From the NCBI GenBank assembly GCA_944392625.1, contig CALXXG010000079.1, forward strand, positions 1 through 41,436: DNA of 41,436 nucleotides, read 5' to 3'. Every line of letters begins with the position of its first letter. Positions within the stretch are counted from its first letter, which is position 1. Below are positions 9,909 through 19,816 of the stretch, one piece after another. A program made the position numbers and the translations under genes. Below the pieces are notes generated by a model, which saw nothing but the letters and a program-made list of their open reading frames with translations, was not told where the DNA came from and did not search any database. The stretch comes from an uncultured Rickettsiales bacterium (GTDB lineage Bacteria > Pseudomonadota > Alphaproteobacteria > Rickettsiales > UBA1997).

Positions 9909-9986
9909 ATTTTAGTATAATATTTAAGAACTTCCATTTTTTATATATTTTTTTTATGGTTGTTTTGTAAAATAATATTGTACTTT

Positions 9987-10829
9987 ATGAAAAATATAAC
10001 AGACGAATTAAAGAGTATTGTAAATAATAATACAACTAATTTAGTTAAATGTTGGAAACTTATTTTAAAGAACAATAAAATTTTAGCTTTTAGCAATGCA
10101 AGCCAAGATTTTATTTATGAAGAAATAACATATAATCATATTTCTTCTGATGATATTAAAAATATAAAAAATAATTTAGATGTAGAAAACGATTCTTTTC
10201 AAATATCAAATTTAATATCTAGTGATTTAATAAACGCTGATGATGTTTTATCTGGGAAATATGATAGTGCTAAAGTTGAAATATTTATAGTTGATTTGTT
10301 AAATTTAAATAAAGGTAAAGTTTGCTTACTTAACGGAGTAATTTCTGACATACAATTTAAAAATGATGTATTTATAGCCAATGTTAAGGGTCTAAAGAAT
10401 GAAATAAATAAAACTATTGGTGAAGTTTATAGTCCATTGTGTAGATCTTGTTTTTGTGACGGAAAATGTAAGCTAAATAAATCTAATTTTACTTTTACTG
10501 GAATAGTATCAAAAGTAGTTGATAATATAAGCTTTTATACTAACGATAATATAATTTTAAGTAAAGAGAATAGATATTTTGAAAATGGGGTTATTGAATT
10601 TATAAGTGGAAAAAATATTGGACAAAAAACAGAAATAAAACAATTTTCAAACGGTTTTTTTATATTATCCACAGAGTTGCCTTATCAAATAGAATTAAAT
10701 GATTATTTTTTAGTTGTAGCTGGTTGCGATAAAAAATTTAATACATGTTGTTCAAGGTTTAATAATGCTATTAATTTTAGGGGCGAACCTCATTTACCAG
10801 GTATTGATTTGTTATTAAAGGTATTGTAA
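9987..10829 (+). CDS. DUF2163/BR0599 phage- or GTA-type tail hub protein (RcGTA g13-like)
   Basis: C-terminal GCDKKFNTCCSRFNNAINFRGEPHLPG and CRSCFCDGKC motifs. ATG at 9987 preferred over the 9960 start. Confidence 0.85.
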   Translation: MKNITDELKSIVNNNTTNLVKCWKLILKNNKILAFSNASQDFIYEEITYNHISSDDIKNIKNNLDVENDSFQISNLISSDLINADDVLSGKYDSAKVEIFIVDLLNLNKGKVCLLNGVISDIQFKNDVFIANVKGLKNEINKTIGEVYSPLCRSCFCDGKCKLNKSNFTFTGIVSKVVDNISFYTNDNIILSKENRYFENGVIEFISGKNIGQKTEIKQFSNGFFILSTELPYQIELNDYFLVVAGCDKKFNTCCSRFNNAINFRGEPHLPGIDLLLKVL

Positions 10830-11260
10830 TGTTTACTAGAGAGAATATTGTTAATGTAGCTAGAAGTTGGATTGGAACTAGATTTAAATATCAAGGCAGG
10901 GTTAAAAAAAATTTGAATAATAGTGGCGGTGTTGACTGCTTGGGATTAGTTTTTGGCGTTTGTGATGAACTTGGTTATAGATATAATGATAAATTATTAT
11001 CATATTATGATACAATTTTATATTCAAGGCGACCAGATTATACAATATTAATGGATAAATTCTCAAAATTTTTTGCTATTAAAGATATAAAAGATATAGG
11101 CATTGGTGATATAGTTTTAAAGCAAGTTTCAAAAAATCAATTTCATTTAATGTTTTATGCTGGCAATACTTTTATTCATGCTTCAGCTGTTACTTTTAGC
11201 GTTGTTGAACATATGGTTGACAATTTAGATAATTGTATCATTTATTCAATGTTTAAATAA
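10829..11260 (+). CDS. NlpC/P60 cell-wall peptidase (RcGTA g14-like)
   Basis: ARSWIGTRFKYQGR, GVDCLGLV (catalytic Cys), HLMFY, FIHA; TAATG stop/start overlap with the upstream gene. Confidence 0.85.
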   Translation: MFTRENIVNVARSWIGTRFKYQGRVKKNLNNSGGVDCLGLVFGVCDELGYRYNDKLLSYYDTILYSRRPDYTILMDKFSKFFAIKDIKDIGIGDIVLKQVSKNQFHLMFYAGNTFIHASAVTFSVVEHMVDNLDNCIIYSMFK

Positions 11261-11323
11261 AAAAATCTTGAAATAATAAAGTTTGAATATAATAATAAAA
11301 TAAAACCAATAAGTTATTATAAA

Positions 11324-12439
11324 ATGACCAAAAAAATAACATTTATCTCATTTATTCTTTTATTTATTTTTATACTTAAACCTTGTTTTTCAATGACTGA
11401 TGAAGAGCTAAGACAATACGTATATGTAGATTTTTATGATTTAGTAAGTAGCTATAATGTAAGAAATATAAATATTGTTGAAGGTGCTTATAATGAGAAA
11501 AAAATAAGTGTTGGTAATAGTGGTTTTACTACTTATTTAGAAAAAACTAAAAAATATATTACATTTTTAGAATACAGGGGGGCCTCTAGAAGAATAGACA
11601 CTTATCAAAAACCATTTTTATTAGATTGGTTTAAAATTGCAAATAATGCTAGAGAATTTACTTTAGATGATTCTGCGGAAAGCATATTGGCAGATGAAAA
11701 TTTTGGTTTATTTTTTACTTCTACAATGTATTCTACAAGAGGAAAAACATATTTTATAACAACTCAAAAGGCTGTTAATGATTCTATGGAAAAAAATTTA
11801 AAACTAGGAGAAAAAATAAAAGTTTATATGCTAAATTTAGGGCAATTTTCTAACAATATTCCTGTATTTATAATAACTGGATATGAAAAAGCCCCAACTA
11901 TATCTCAGGCTGTTCAAGATGAAATATATTTTAGACAATATTTTCCAGTGTTAAAAGAAGACATATTTAATAGAAGATACGATAAAGCAAAAGGTAATAT
12001 TGAAATGTTACTAAAAAAATATCCTAATAATATTGATTTAAGGTTAAATTTATGTTTAATATTTAATCAAACTAATTTTTTTGACAAATCTATTTCATGC
12101 TATAAAGATGTTCTAAAAATTGATCCAAAAAACTATGACGCCTATTATGGAATATCAACAGCTTATTACAATAGCGCTAGTTCAAACCAAAAAAGTACAG
12201 CAGCTCTTATTATAGAAAATACTACAAAAGCAATTGATATAATAGAGTCTTTAACTGCTAAACCAATTGGAAGTTTAGCAATGATAAAATTTAATTGCTA
12301 TTATTTAAGGGCTATGGCAAAAATTACTTTAAATGATAAAAGCGCTATAAATGATTTAGAAGAGGTTAACAAAAATCATCCTACATTAGTTAGTAGCCAA
12401 GCTATTGATTTATTTAAAGAACAAATGGGAGTTAGATAA
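11324..12439 (+). CDS. Exported tetratricopeptide-repeat protein
   Basis: Signal-peptide-like N-terminus; TPR-type helices (SISCYKDVLKIDPKNYDAYYGIS). Confidence 0.7.
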   Translation: MTKKITFISFILLFIFILKPCFSMTDEELRQYVYVDFYDLVSSYNVRNINIVEGAYNEKKISVGNSGFTTYLEKTKKYITFLEYRGASRRIDTYQKPFLLDWFKIANNAREFTLDDSAESILADENFGLFFTSTMYSTRGKTYFITTQKAVNDSMEKNLKLGEKIKVYMLNLGQFSNNIPVFIITGYEKAPTISQAVQDEIYFRQYFPVLKEDIFNRRYDKAKGNIEMLLKKYPNNIDLRLNLCLIFNQTNFFDKSISCYKDVLKIDPKNYDAYYGISTAYYNSASSNQKSTAALIIENTTKAIDIIESLTAKPIGSLAMIKFNCYYLRAMAKITLNDKSAINDLEEVNKNHPTLVSSQAIDLFKEQMGVR

Positions 12440-12450
12440 AGCATGTAAAG

Positions 12451-12476
12451 ATAAGTAGAGAAATACTCTACTTATT
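12451..12476 (+). terminator. Probable terminator hairpin
   Basis: ATAAGTAGAG/CTCTACTTAT inverted repeat between convergent genes. Confidence 0.6.
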
Positions 12477-12531
12477 ATATAAATATAATTTATACAAATA
12501 ACTTTCTAATTTAACAATACTATATGAAAAA

Positions 12532-12607
12532 TGGTGAGTACGGCGGGAATCGAACCCGCGACAACATGATTAAAAGTCATGTGCTCTACCTACTGAGCTA
12601 CGAACTC
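12532..12607 (-). tRNA. tRNA-Lys(UUU)
   Basis: 76 nt cloverleaf, anticodon arm CATGA-CTTTTAA-TCATG, GTTCGATTC T-loop, encoded CCA. Confidence 0.96.
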
Positions 12608-12700
12608 AAAAATTGAAACATTTAATAGTAAACCACATATAAATTTTAAAGTCAATATTTTTTTTATTTATTTTTACTTTTTTATTATTTTAATTTTATT

Positions 12701-13918
12701 TTAGAAATATGCCCTTAATTCTATCTTAAACGCATCATATTTTCCCTTATATGAATAGTTTGGCGCAGTTATAAAATTTTTTGAATAATTCATTAAAAGT
12801 CTAATATTATTTTCTGGTATCCAAGTTAAACCTATTGTATAGTCATATTTTGTTCCTATATTGTCTAGAAAACCATGACTAGTATCTTTACCATTTGCAA
12901 ATGAATACCTAAATACTGCTTGAAAGGCACCAAAACCACCTTTTGAAATTGGATGATTTACATTAATTTCATCAAAATATCCGGCATTATTATAAGAAGT
13001 TACTTCACCCGTGAGGTTAATAGTAAATTCGCTAGATAATCCATAAAAATTAAATCTATTACCATTAAACCTATCTTTTTCGTATTTGTAATAATTTTTA
13101 ATATATTCATTTGTTAAAGTCATAAATTTATATTTAAATGCTAATTCTAAACCATAATAATAACTTTGAGATATTTGCTCTGGATTATTTATTTTGTCTT
13201 TTTTGTAATTTTGATATGATAAGTCTAAACCAAAATGAACAACATAATTATAGTCTCTAATTGGTGTATAAAATGTTCTGAATGATAAATTGTAATTCAT
13301 ATCATTTTCTAACTCATTTTCATTATTTGTACCATTTCCAAATATACCGGTTGAAAGTCCAAATTTATCACTTTTCCATAAATAATTCAATCCTATTAGA
13401 TATTCTGGAATCCATCCAAGTTGTTCAATAGCATTTGAGTCAATAGTTGCCATTGTATTTGAACTTTTTTCTCTTTCAATAAATGAAGGAGATATTATTT
13501 GCCCAAATTTCAATGTCATTTCATTATTAATTTTATATCCGATAAAAGTTTCCCCTAAATAAGCGTTGTCACCGTCAAAATTTCCTTCAATTTGAAATAA
13601 AAAATTCTTAATTTCTTTTGATATTGTTAATCTTGCTCTTTTTATTGAAAATTTATCATTGTAATCAGAATCGGTATTATAGCTTTTTAATTCTTGATTT
13701 TTTTTATACCAAGAGCCATTTACATGAATTCTACCTTCTACTTTTAATCCATTTATAATATCATTTTTGCTATTTGATTTGTTGCTGTTAATTATTTTTT
13801 TTAATTCATATATTTGTTCCTGCAAATCTTTTATTTTGTAATCATAATCATCAGCTTGTGCAATATTTGATATTACACATAGTAATATTAGTGTTATGAC
13901 AAATTTTAGTTTTTTCAT
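12701..13918 (-). CDS. OprO/OprP-family phosphate-selective porin-like outer membrane protein
   Basis: Signal peptide, short coiled coil, IKRARL, GGFGAFQAVFRYS, YTIGLTW, C-terminal Phe. Confidence 0.75.
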   Translation of the reverse strand: MKKLKFVITLILLCVISNIAQADDYDYKIKDLQEQIYELKKIINSNKSNSKNDIINGLKVEGRIHVNGSWYKKNQELKSYNTDSDYNDKFSIKRARLTISKEIKNFLFQIEGNFDGDNAYLGETFIGYKINNEMTLKFGQIISPSFIEREKSSNTMATIDSNAIEQLGWIPEYLIGLNYLWKSDKFGLSTGIFGNGTNNENELENDMNYNLSFRTFYTPIRDYNYVVHFGLDLSYQNYKKDKINNPEQISQSYYYGLELAFKYKFMTLTNEYIKNYYKYEKDRFNGNRFNFYGLSSEFTINLTGEVTSYNNAGYFDEINVNHPISKGGFGAFQAVFRYSFANGKDTSHGFLDNIGTKYDYTIGLTWIPENNIRLLMNYSKNFITAPNYSYKGKYDAFKIELRAYF

Positions 13919-13984
13919 GGAAAATTTTTATAATTTATCATGAATATATAAATGTGAATTTTAATATCAAGGAAAAAATGTAAT

Positions 13985-14093
13985 AAAAAAAGCTTTGGGA
14001 TACGGAGGCATAAAAATGCAATTTATTTCCATTGAGGTGTTGTATTAAATTGCTATCCCAAAGCTTTGTCAATTACCCATAGGGTGCTTGACA
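13985..14093 (-). ncRNA. Putative structured small RNA or leader of unknown family
   Basis: Two hairpins, a 14-bp closing stem followed by a U-run, and upstream TTGACA (14122-14127)-16 nt-TAATAT. Confidence 0.5.
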
Positions 14094-14275
14094 TATATAA
14101 TATTATATAACAATTTTAAGTTGTCAAGTAAAAAAATAAAAATTTTTTATATGAGTTAAACCCTTATTTTTACAGGTTCTGTCTATATTTATAATACAAC
14201 TAATAATAGAATTTTTTTAAAATATATAAATTTTTTTTAGAATAATAGAAAAAATTATAAAATATAAAATAAAAA

Positions 14276-14362
14276 GCGAGGTAAACAACCTAAACAAACT
14301 TAGTTACGGATGCTTCTTTTCAGACCTGTCCGAATTAGTAAGCTGTCTACCTGTTTACCTCT
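14276..14362 (-). ncRNA. ffs: Signal recognition particle RNA (4.5S)
   Basis: Minus strand GGACAGGTCTGAAAAGAAGCATCC matches the SRP helix-8 signature; terminal stem GAGGTAAACA/TGTTTACCTC; TTGCAA-16-TATAAT upstream. Confidence 0.9.
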
Positions 14363-14429
14363 AATTAAATTATAGATACAGTAATTAATTTTGCAAGATA
14401 TATTTTATTTATTAACTATTTAGTTATAA

Positions 14430-15524
14430 TTAAATTAAAGTTTTTAATTTAATATTTTTAACAAATACACTCTCGCCTATTCTTTTGTTTAAAACAAGAT
14501 TATATTGTCCATGCTCCGCCTTTTTATCTTTTTTCATATTCTCAAGCATATATTGTCTAAAATCTTTAATTTCTTTAAACTCTTTAAGTTTTTCTAAATC
14601 ATCTTGATTAAAAAGCTGCATATTATCAAAATGCTTTAAAACTCGTTTAACTTCAAAACCATTTATCATGTTTAGTTTTTCGCTAGTTATAAAAGCTTGT
14701 CTGATGCCTAGTGCAACGGCTTCTCCATGCAGTATTCTTTTTGAATTAAAATTGACCATTTTTTCATATACATGTCCGAAAGTATGTCCTAAATTTAATA
14801 GAACCCTTGTTCCATTTTTTTCATATGGATCTTCTTTTACAACATTTGCTTTAAATTGGCAGCTTGATTCTATCATTTTTTCACATATATTCATATCAAG
14901 ATTTATGCAATCATTTCCATAGTTTTCGCAATAGTCAAAAAATTTTTCATCAAAAGCTAATCCATACTTTACGATTTCTGCATAACCTGATTTTAAATTT
15001 CTTTTGTCCAATGTTTTTAATGTGTCTGTATCAATTAATACTAGCGATGGCTGATAAAATGTTCCTATTAAATTTTTGCCGGAGTTTGTATTTATTGCAG
15101 TTTTTCCGCCAACAGAACTATCAACTTGTGCCAATAGAGTTGTCGGCATTTGAACTAGTGGAATACCCCTTAGCAATGTTGAAGCTAAAAATCCAGTTAA
15201 ATCGCCAATTACACCGCCGCCTAGCGCTATCAAAAAATCGCTTCTTGTCAAACCGCTTTGCAATATTTTTTCTGCCGTTTTCTGAAAAATTGCAAAAGAC
15301 TTGCTTTCTTCTCCAGCTTTTAAAACTATTTTTTCAACCTGATAATTTTTTAAATTTTCCATCAAAACTTTGCTATAACCGATATTATCAATATTCTCAT
15401 CTGTTATTATAAAACATTTCTTATGCTGCAATGATGGCAAAACTCTTTCTATATATTCATGAGATTTTTTTAAAAGTCCGCTTTCTATAATTATGTTATA
15501 GGTTCCAACATTAATTTTTTTCAT
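14430..15524 (-). CDS. aroB: 3-dehydroquinate synthase
   Basis: ALGGGVIGDLTGF, PTTLLAQVDSSVGGKTAIN, LNLGHTFGH, HGEAV. Confidence 0.97.
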   Translation of the reverse strand: MKKINVGTYNIIIESGLLKKSHEYIERVLPSLQHKKCFIITDENIDNIGYSKVLMENLKNYQVEKIVLKAGEESKSFAIFQKTAEKILQSGLTRSDFLIALGGGVIGDLTGFLASTLLRGIPLVQMPTTLLAQVDSSVGGKTAINTNSGKNLIGTFYQPSLVLIDTDTLKTLDKRNLKSGYAEIVKYGLAFDEKFFDYCENYGNDCINLDMNICEKMIESSCQFKANVVKEDPYEKNGTRVLLNLGHTFGHVYEKMVNFNSKRILHGEAVALGIRQAFITSEKLNMINGFEVKRVLKHFDNMQLFNQDDLEKLKEFKEIKDFRQYMLENMKKDKKAEHGQYNLVLNKRIGESVFVKNIKLKTLI

Positions 15525-16347
15525 TTAGTTTCTCCAAACATTTTTCTATTAAATTTTCTGATATATTCGGTTTGATATTAAACCAAATTTCAAATGCTTT
15601 AACCGCTTGAAACAATAGCATTCCAAGTCCATCAAGAGTTTGCAAATTTAATTCCTTTGCCTGTTTCAACAGCGGAGTTAAAAGCGGAGTATATATTATG
15701 TCATATACAACAGTATTTTCACTAGCACTTTTTAAATCAATATCAAGCGGGCTAGTATTATTCATACCGGCTGATGTCGTATTTATTATTAAATTTCTGT
15801 CTTTTATATACTTTTTTGCATTGCTTAAAATGTCATATTTACAATCAAATTCTTCAGCTAATAATTTAACTTTTTCTCGTGTTCTGTTAAGAATGATTAT
15901 GTCATATATACCAGTATTTTTTAATCCATAGATTACTGCTCTTGTTGCTCCGCCAGCACCAAAAATCAATGCTTTATTGTATATGTTTTTCCAATTGCGA
16001 ATATTTGTGTTCAGATTTTCTATAAAACCATAGCAATCTGTGTTATAGCCAATCATTTTATTATCCTTGAACAATACTGTATTAACAGCGCCTATTTTTG
16101 AAGCTGTATCATCCAATGAATCTAAAAATTTTATTGAATTTATCTTATGCGGTATTGTTAAATTGACGCCTCTATAACCATTGTTTTTTAATTCTTCCAG
16201 CACCTCTTCAAGATTTTTCGGCAAAACAGGCATTGCCCTATAATTTCCGTCAATATTATTTTCTTTCAAGAAAGTATTTTGTATTAGTGGTGATAAACTG
16301 TATTTTTCAATATTTTCTTGGCCTAAAACTGCTAGCTTAATACTCAT
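15511..16347 (-). CDS. aroE: Shikimate dehydrogenase
   Basis: SLSP, GVNLTIPHK, GAVNT, GYNTD, GAGGATRA, DGLGMLLFQA. Confidence 0.95.
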   Translation of the reverse strand: MSIKLAVLGQENIEKYSLSPLIQNTFLKENNIDGNYRAMPVLPKNLEEVLEELKNNGYRGVNLTIPHKINSIKFLDSLDDTASKIGAVNTVLFKDNKMIGYNTDCYGFIENLNTNIRNWKNIYNKALIFGAGGATRAVIYGLKNTGIYDIIILNRTREKVKLLAEEFDCKYDILSNAKKYIKDRNLIINTTSAGMNNTSPLDIDLKSASENTVVYDIIYTPLLTPLLKQAKELNLQTLDGLGMLLFQAVKAFEIWFNIKPNISENLIEKCLEKLNEKN

Positions 16348-17647
16348 ATTTAATATTTGTTCCTATACTTTTCAATAGTTCAAAAAAATTTGGACAGGTT
16401 TTTGATACGCAGGACGGATTGTTTATCACAATTCCGTTTCCTGCCAATCCTAAAATCGCCAACGACATTGCGATTCTGTGATCTTCATGGCTATCAACTT
16501 CTGCATATTGCGGCATTGTTGGATATATTTTTAAACCATCATAATATTCTTCACATTTTATACCAACTTTTTTTAATTCTTCACAAATGGCAGAAATTCT
16601 ATCACTCTCATGATTTCTAATGTGCGATACCCCATGTATCTCTATTGGCGATTTTGCAAATACTGCTGCAGCTGCAAGCGTCATAACCATTTCCGCCATT
16701 TCAAACATATCAACATTAAGATCGCCATTAATTTCGTTTCCATTCAAAACTATTGAGTTATTATTATAAATTACTTTTGCACCAATTTTTTCCAATAATT
16801 GCAAAAACATTAATCCAGGCTGCAATGTATTTTTATTTATATTATTGACTTCTATTTGACCTTTTGTAATCGCCGATAATGTAAAAAAATAGTCCGCAGT
16901 ATTAAAATCAGTTTCTATTGTAAAGTCAACAGCTTTATATTCTTGCGGAGATATGCTATAAATTCCATTGTTATCTCTATAATCTATGCCAAAATCAGAC
17001 ATTGTTTGTAAAGCCATTTTTATATAGGGATGATTTTCACTATTTATATCAAGAGGTTTTATTTTTACTTCGTTTTGCAACAGAGGAGCGCACATCAATA
17101 TTGAACTGACATACTGGCTTGATTCTTTTCCAGAAATCTCAATATATTCACAATTCAATTTTGACGGCTTTATTAATATTGGCAAAAAACCATTTTTTTC
17201 CAAATATTCAATATTTGCACCGCATTTATTTAATGTATCAACCAAAGGTTTTATTGTCCTCTTTTTTAATTGTTCGCTTCCATTTAATATTATAGAAAAT
17301 TTTGTATCACTAACCGTCAATAAAGATGTTAAAAATCTTGAGGTTATGCCAGAAGAACCAGCGAATATTTCTATATTTTCAGTTATAGGTAATTTTCCAT
17401 TGCAGCCGTATATTAAAATTTTGTTGCCGGTTTTTTCTATTTTTATATTCAGTTTTTTTAAAGCATCAATGCAGCTGTTTGTATCATCGCTATTTAAAAT
17501 ATTTCTTATAGTTGATATGCCGTTTCCAAAAGCTCCAAGCAATAAAGCACGAATTGACAAACTTTTGCTACTTGGCAAATCAATTTTGCATTTTATTGGA
17601 CTTTCAAGCTTTTTAATATATACTTTTTTTACATCTCTTAAATTCAT
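16337..17647 (-). CDS. aroA: 3-phosphoshikimate 1-carboxyvinyltransferase (EPSP synthase)
   Basis: PSSKS, SSQYVS, RNHESDR, DHRIAMS, CVSKTCPNF. Confidence 0.95.
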   Translation of the reverse strand: MNLRDVKKVYIKKLESPIKCKIDLPSSKSLSIRALLLGAFGNGISTIRNILNSDDTNSCIDALKKLNIKIEKTGNKILIYGCNGKLPITENIEIFAGSSGITSRFLTSLLTVSDTKFSIILNGSEQLKKRTIKPLVDTLNKCGANIEYLEKNGFLPILIKPSKLNCEYIEISGKESSQYVSSILMCAPLLQNEVKIKPLDINSENHPYIKMALQTMSDFGIDYRDNNGIYSISPQEYKAVDFTIETDFNTADYFFTLSAITKGQIEVNNINKNTLQPGLMFLQLLEKIGAKVIYNNNSIVLNGNEINGDLNVDMFEMAEMVMTLAAAAVFAKSPIEIHGVSHIRNHESDRISAICEELKKVGIKCEEYYDGLKIYPTMPQYAEVDSHEDHRIAMSLAILGLAGNGIVINNPSCVSKTCPNFFELLKSIGTNIKYEY

Positions 17648-18138
17648 ATTCTTTTCAAAATTTTTTCTAAAACATCATTAGGTGAATCATTGCCATTAAT
17701 ATCTATGATAATTTTCGCCTTTTTATAAAATTCCATTCTTTTGCCATATAAATTACTTGCATTTAATTTCCAATTATCATCAGCCAGTAAAGGTCTTTTA
17801 AATCTTTCATTTTCAAGCCTTTCGCACAGAACTTCAAATGGTGCATTCAAAAATATTGTTTTTGCATCTTTTAAAATATTTCTATTTGCATCTCCTATAA
17901 AGGTTCCGCCGCCCAAGTCTAATATTATATTTTGTTTTTTAGATATTTCCAACAATATTTCGCTTTCTTTTTCTCTAAAATATTTTTCTCCAAACTCTTG
18001 AAAAATATCCCTTATTTTCATATTTAGCTTTTTCTCAATTTCTTCATCAAGCGAAATAGCGTCAACAGCAAGTTTTTCAGACAATAATTTTGATATTGTC
18101 GTCTTGCCGCTACCCATAAAACCAACTAAGGCAAACAT
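17644..18138 (-). CDS. aroK: Shikimate kinase
   Basis: GFMGSGKTT P-loop, GEKYFREKE, LGGG, RPLL. Confidence 0.95.
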   Translation of the reverse strand: MFALVGFMGSGKTTISKLLSEKLAVDAISLDEEIEKKLNMKIRDIFQEFGEKYFREKESEILLEISKKQNIILDLGGGTFIGDANRNILKDAKTIFLNAPFEVLCERLENERFKRPLLADDNWKLNASNLYGKRMEFYKKAKIIIDINGNDSPNDVLEKILKRI

Positions 18139-18195
18139 ACATTGACATTATTTTTTGTTTATATTATAAGTAAATAAAAAAATAAATCAAGCACA

Positions 18196-19188
18196 ATGCC
18201 AGGAAATACATTCGGAAATCTATTAAAGCTAACAACATGGGGCGAAAGCCATGGCATAGCTATTGGAGGCGTTTTAGACGGCGTTCCATCAAATATAGAC
18301 CTAGATGAAGACTATATACAGCAATATCTAGATAAAAGGAAGCCGGGACAGCAGAACACATCGCAAAGAAAAGAAGATGATAAAATCAAAATTTTGTCCG
18401 GCGTATTTAATGGCAAAACTACGGGAACGCCAATAGCTTTTATGATTGAAAACAAAGACGCACATTCAAAGGACTATTCAAACATAAAAGATTTGTTTAG
18501 ACCAGGGCATGCTGACTACACCTATTTCAAAAAATATGGCATTAGAGATTACAGAGGCGGTGGCAGAGCATCCGCAAGAGAAACAGCCATAAGAGTTGCA
18601 GGAGGTGCAATAGCCAGAAAAATTATTCCAAATATTGAAATAACAGGAAAACTGATTCAAGTTGGAAATTTAAAAAATAATTGGGATGAATTAATAGAAA
18701 AAGTTAAATCAGAAGGCAATTCAATAGGGTCAAAAATAGAAATTATTGCAAAAAATGTTCCAGTTGGACTTGGCGAACCAATTTTTGACAAGCTTGACGC
18801 AGAAATTGCAAAGGCCGTCATGTCCATAAATGCAGTAAAAGCCGTTGAAATAGGCGAGGGAACCAATGCCGTTAATTTAACAGGACTTGAAAATTGCGAT
18901 CAGATGGCAATGGAAAACAATAATATAAAATTTTTATCAAATCATGCCGGCGGCATTTTAGGCGGCATCTCAACAGGACAGGACATCATAGTAAGAGCAA
19001 CCATAAAGCCAACAAGCTCAATATCAATTCCGCAAAAAACAATCACAACAAACTGCACAAATGCCGAAATTTCCACAATCGGCAGACACGATCCATGCAT
19101 TGGCATAAGAGCAATACCAGTTGCCGAAGCAATGCTTGCACTTGTATTGGCGGATTATTATTTGATTAACAGGGCATATAGAGATTAA
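18196..19188 (+). CDS. aroC: Chorismate synthase
   Basis: [37 protein letters not shown]. Confidence 0.97.
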   Translation: MPGNTFGNLLKLTTWGESHGIAIGGVLDGVPSNIDLDEDYIQQYLDKRKPGQQNTSQRKEDDKIKILSGVFNGKTTGTPIAFMIENKDAHSKDYSNIKDLFRPGHADYTYFKKYGIRDYRGGGRASARETAIRVAGGAIARKIIPNIEITGKLIQVGNLKNNWDELIEKVKSEGNSIGSKIEIIAKNVPVGLGEPIFDKLDAEIAKAVMSINAVKAVEIGEGTNAVNLTGLENCDQMAMENNNIKFLSNHAGGILGGISTGQDIIVRATIKPTSSISIPQKTITTNCTNAEISTIGRHDPCIGIRAIPVAEAMLALVLADYYLINRAYRD

Positions 19189-19229
19189 AAATTGAAAATT
19201 GAAAATTGGCCTTCGACAGAAGTGCCAAC

Positions 19230-19366
19230 TTCACCACCCTGTGAAAAGTCTCTCTCAGTCCCTCTTGTGAAATACCCAGCACTAACCACCCCCCTGTGAA
19301 ACCCCCATTTCACCCCCCCTGTGAAGCCCCATTTCACCCCCCTGTGAAGGGGAGATATGGGGGTTC
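19230..19366 (+). repeat. Left array: five copies of a (C)nTGTGAA repeat, ending in a REP-like hairpin unit
   Basis: TGTGAA at 19240, 19266, 19295, 19320, 19343 (spacing 26, 29, 25, 23), each preceded by a C-rich run. Confidence 0.85.
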
Positions 19367-19767
19367 AAAAAGACTGTCTTTATATATTTACACTGCTAAT
19401 ATATTAATAAGAATGAATAGATAAAGAATATTACTATTATATATAATAGTAATAATAAAAAAAGACTTTTATATATATAATATAATGTTACAATTATTAT
19501 TTTCTTAATTATATTAGTTTATAATTAATTTATTTATTATAAATTAATAATTCTTTATTTATAATTTATAATTTTAAATTATAAATTATTTATTCTTAAT
19601 TATTTATTATTATTTTATTCTTTATCTTTTTTATTTTTTAATATTTTTTTTAATATTTTATTATTCTTAATTTTTTTATTTTTAATATTATTTTTATTTT
19701 ACTTTTAGTTTACAATTTCTTTTTGATTCTCTGCTAAGGGATAATTTTTAATTATTAATTTCTTTTA

Positions 19768-19816
19768 TCAACCCACCGTCCCTTCGGGACACCTTCCTTA
19801 CAAATGGAGGCGAACC
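19768..19816 (+). repeat. Second repeat family, copy 1 (GTC-hairpin-GAC element)
   Basis: Inverted homologue at 20229-20279 and a degenerate copy near 20162-20210. Confidence 0.8.

Noticed and set aside
9987-12439. Prophage
   Set aside because: Only two tail-type genes; no integrase, capsid, terminase or att repeats, and the flanks are ordinary host genes.
12532-12607. U-U mismatch in the tRNA-Lys acceptor stem (and in the tRNA-fMet T-stem) as a sign of pseudo-tRNA or editing
   Set aside because: Single mismatches are tolerated in bacterial tRNAs; all other conserved features and the CCA are intact.
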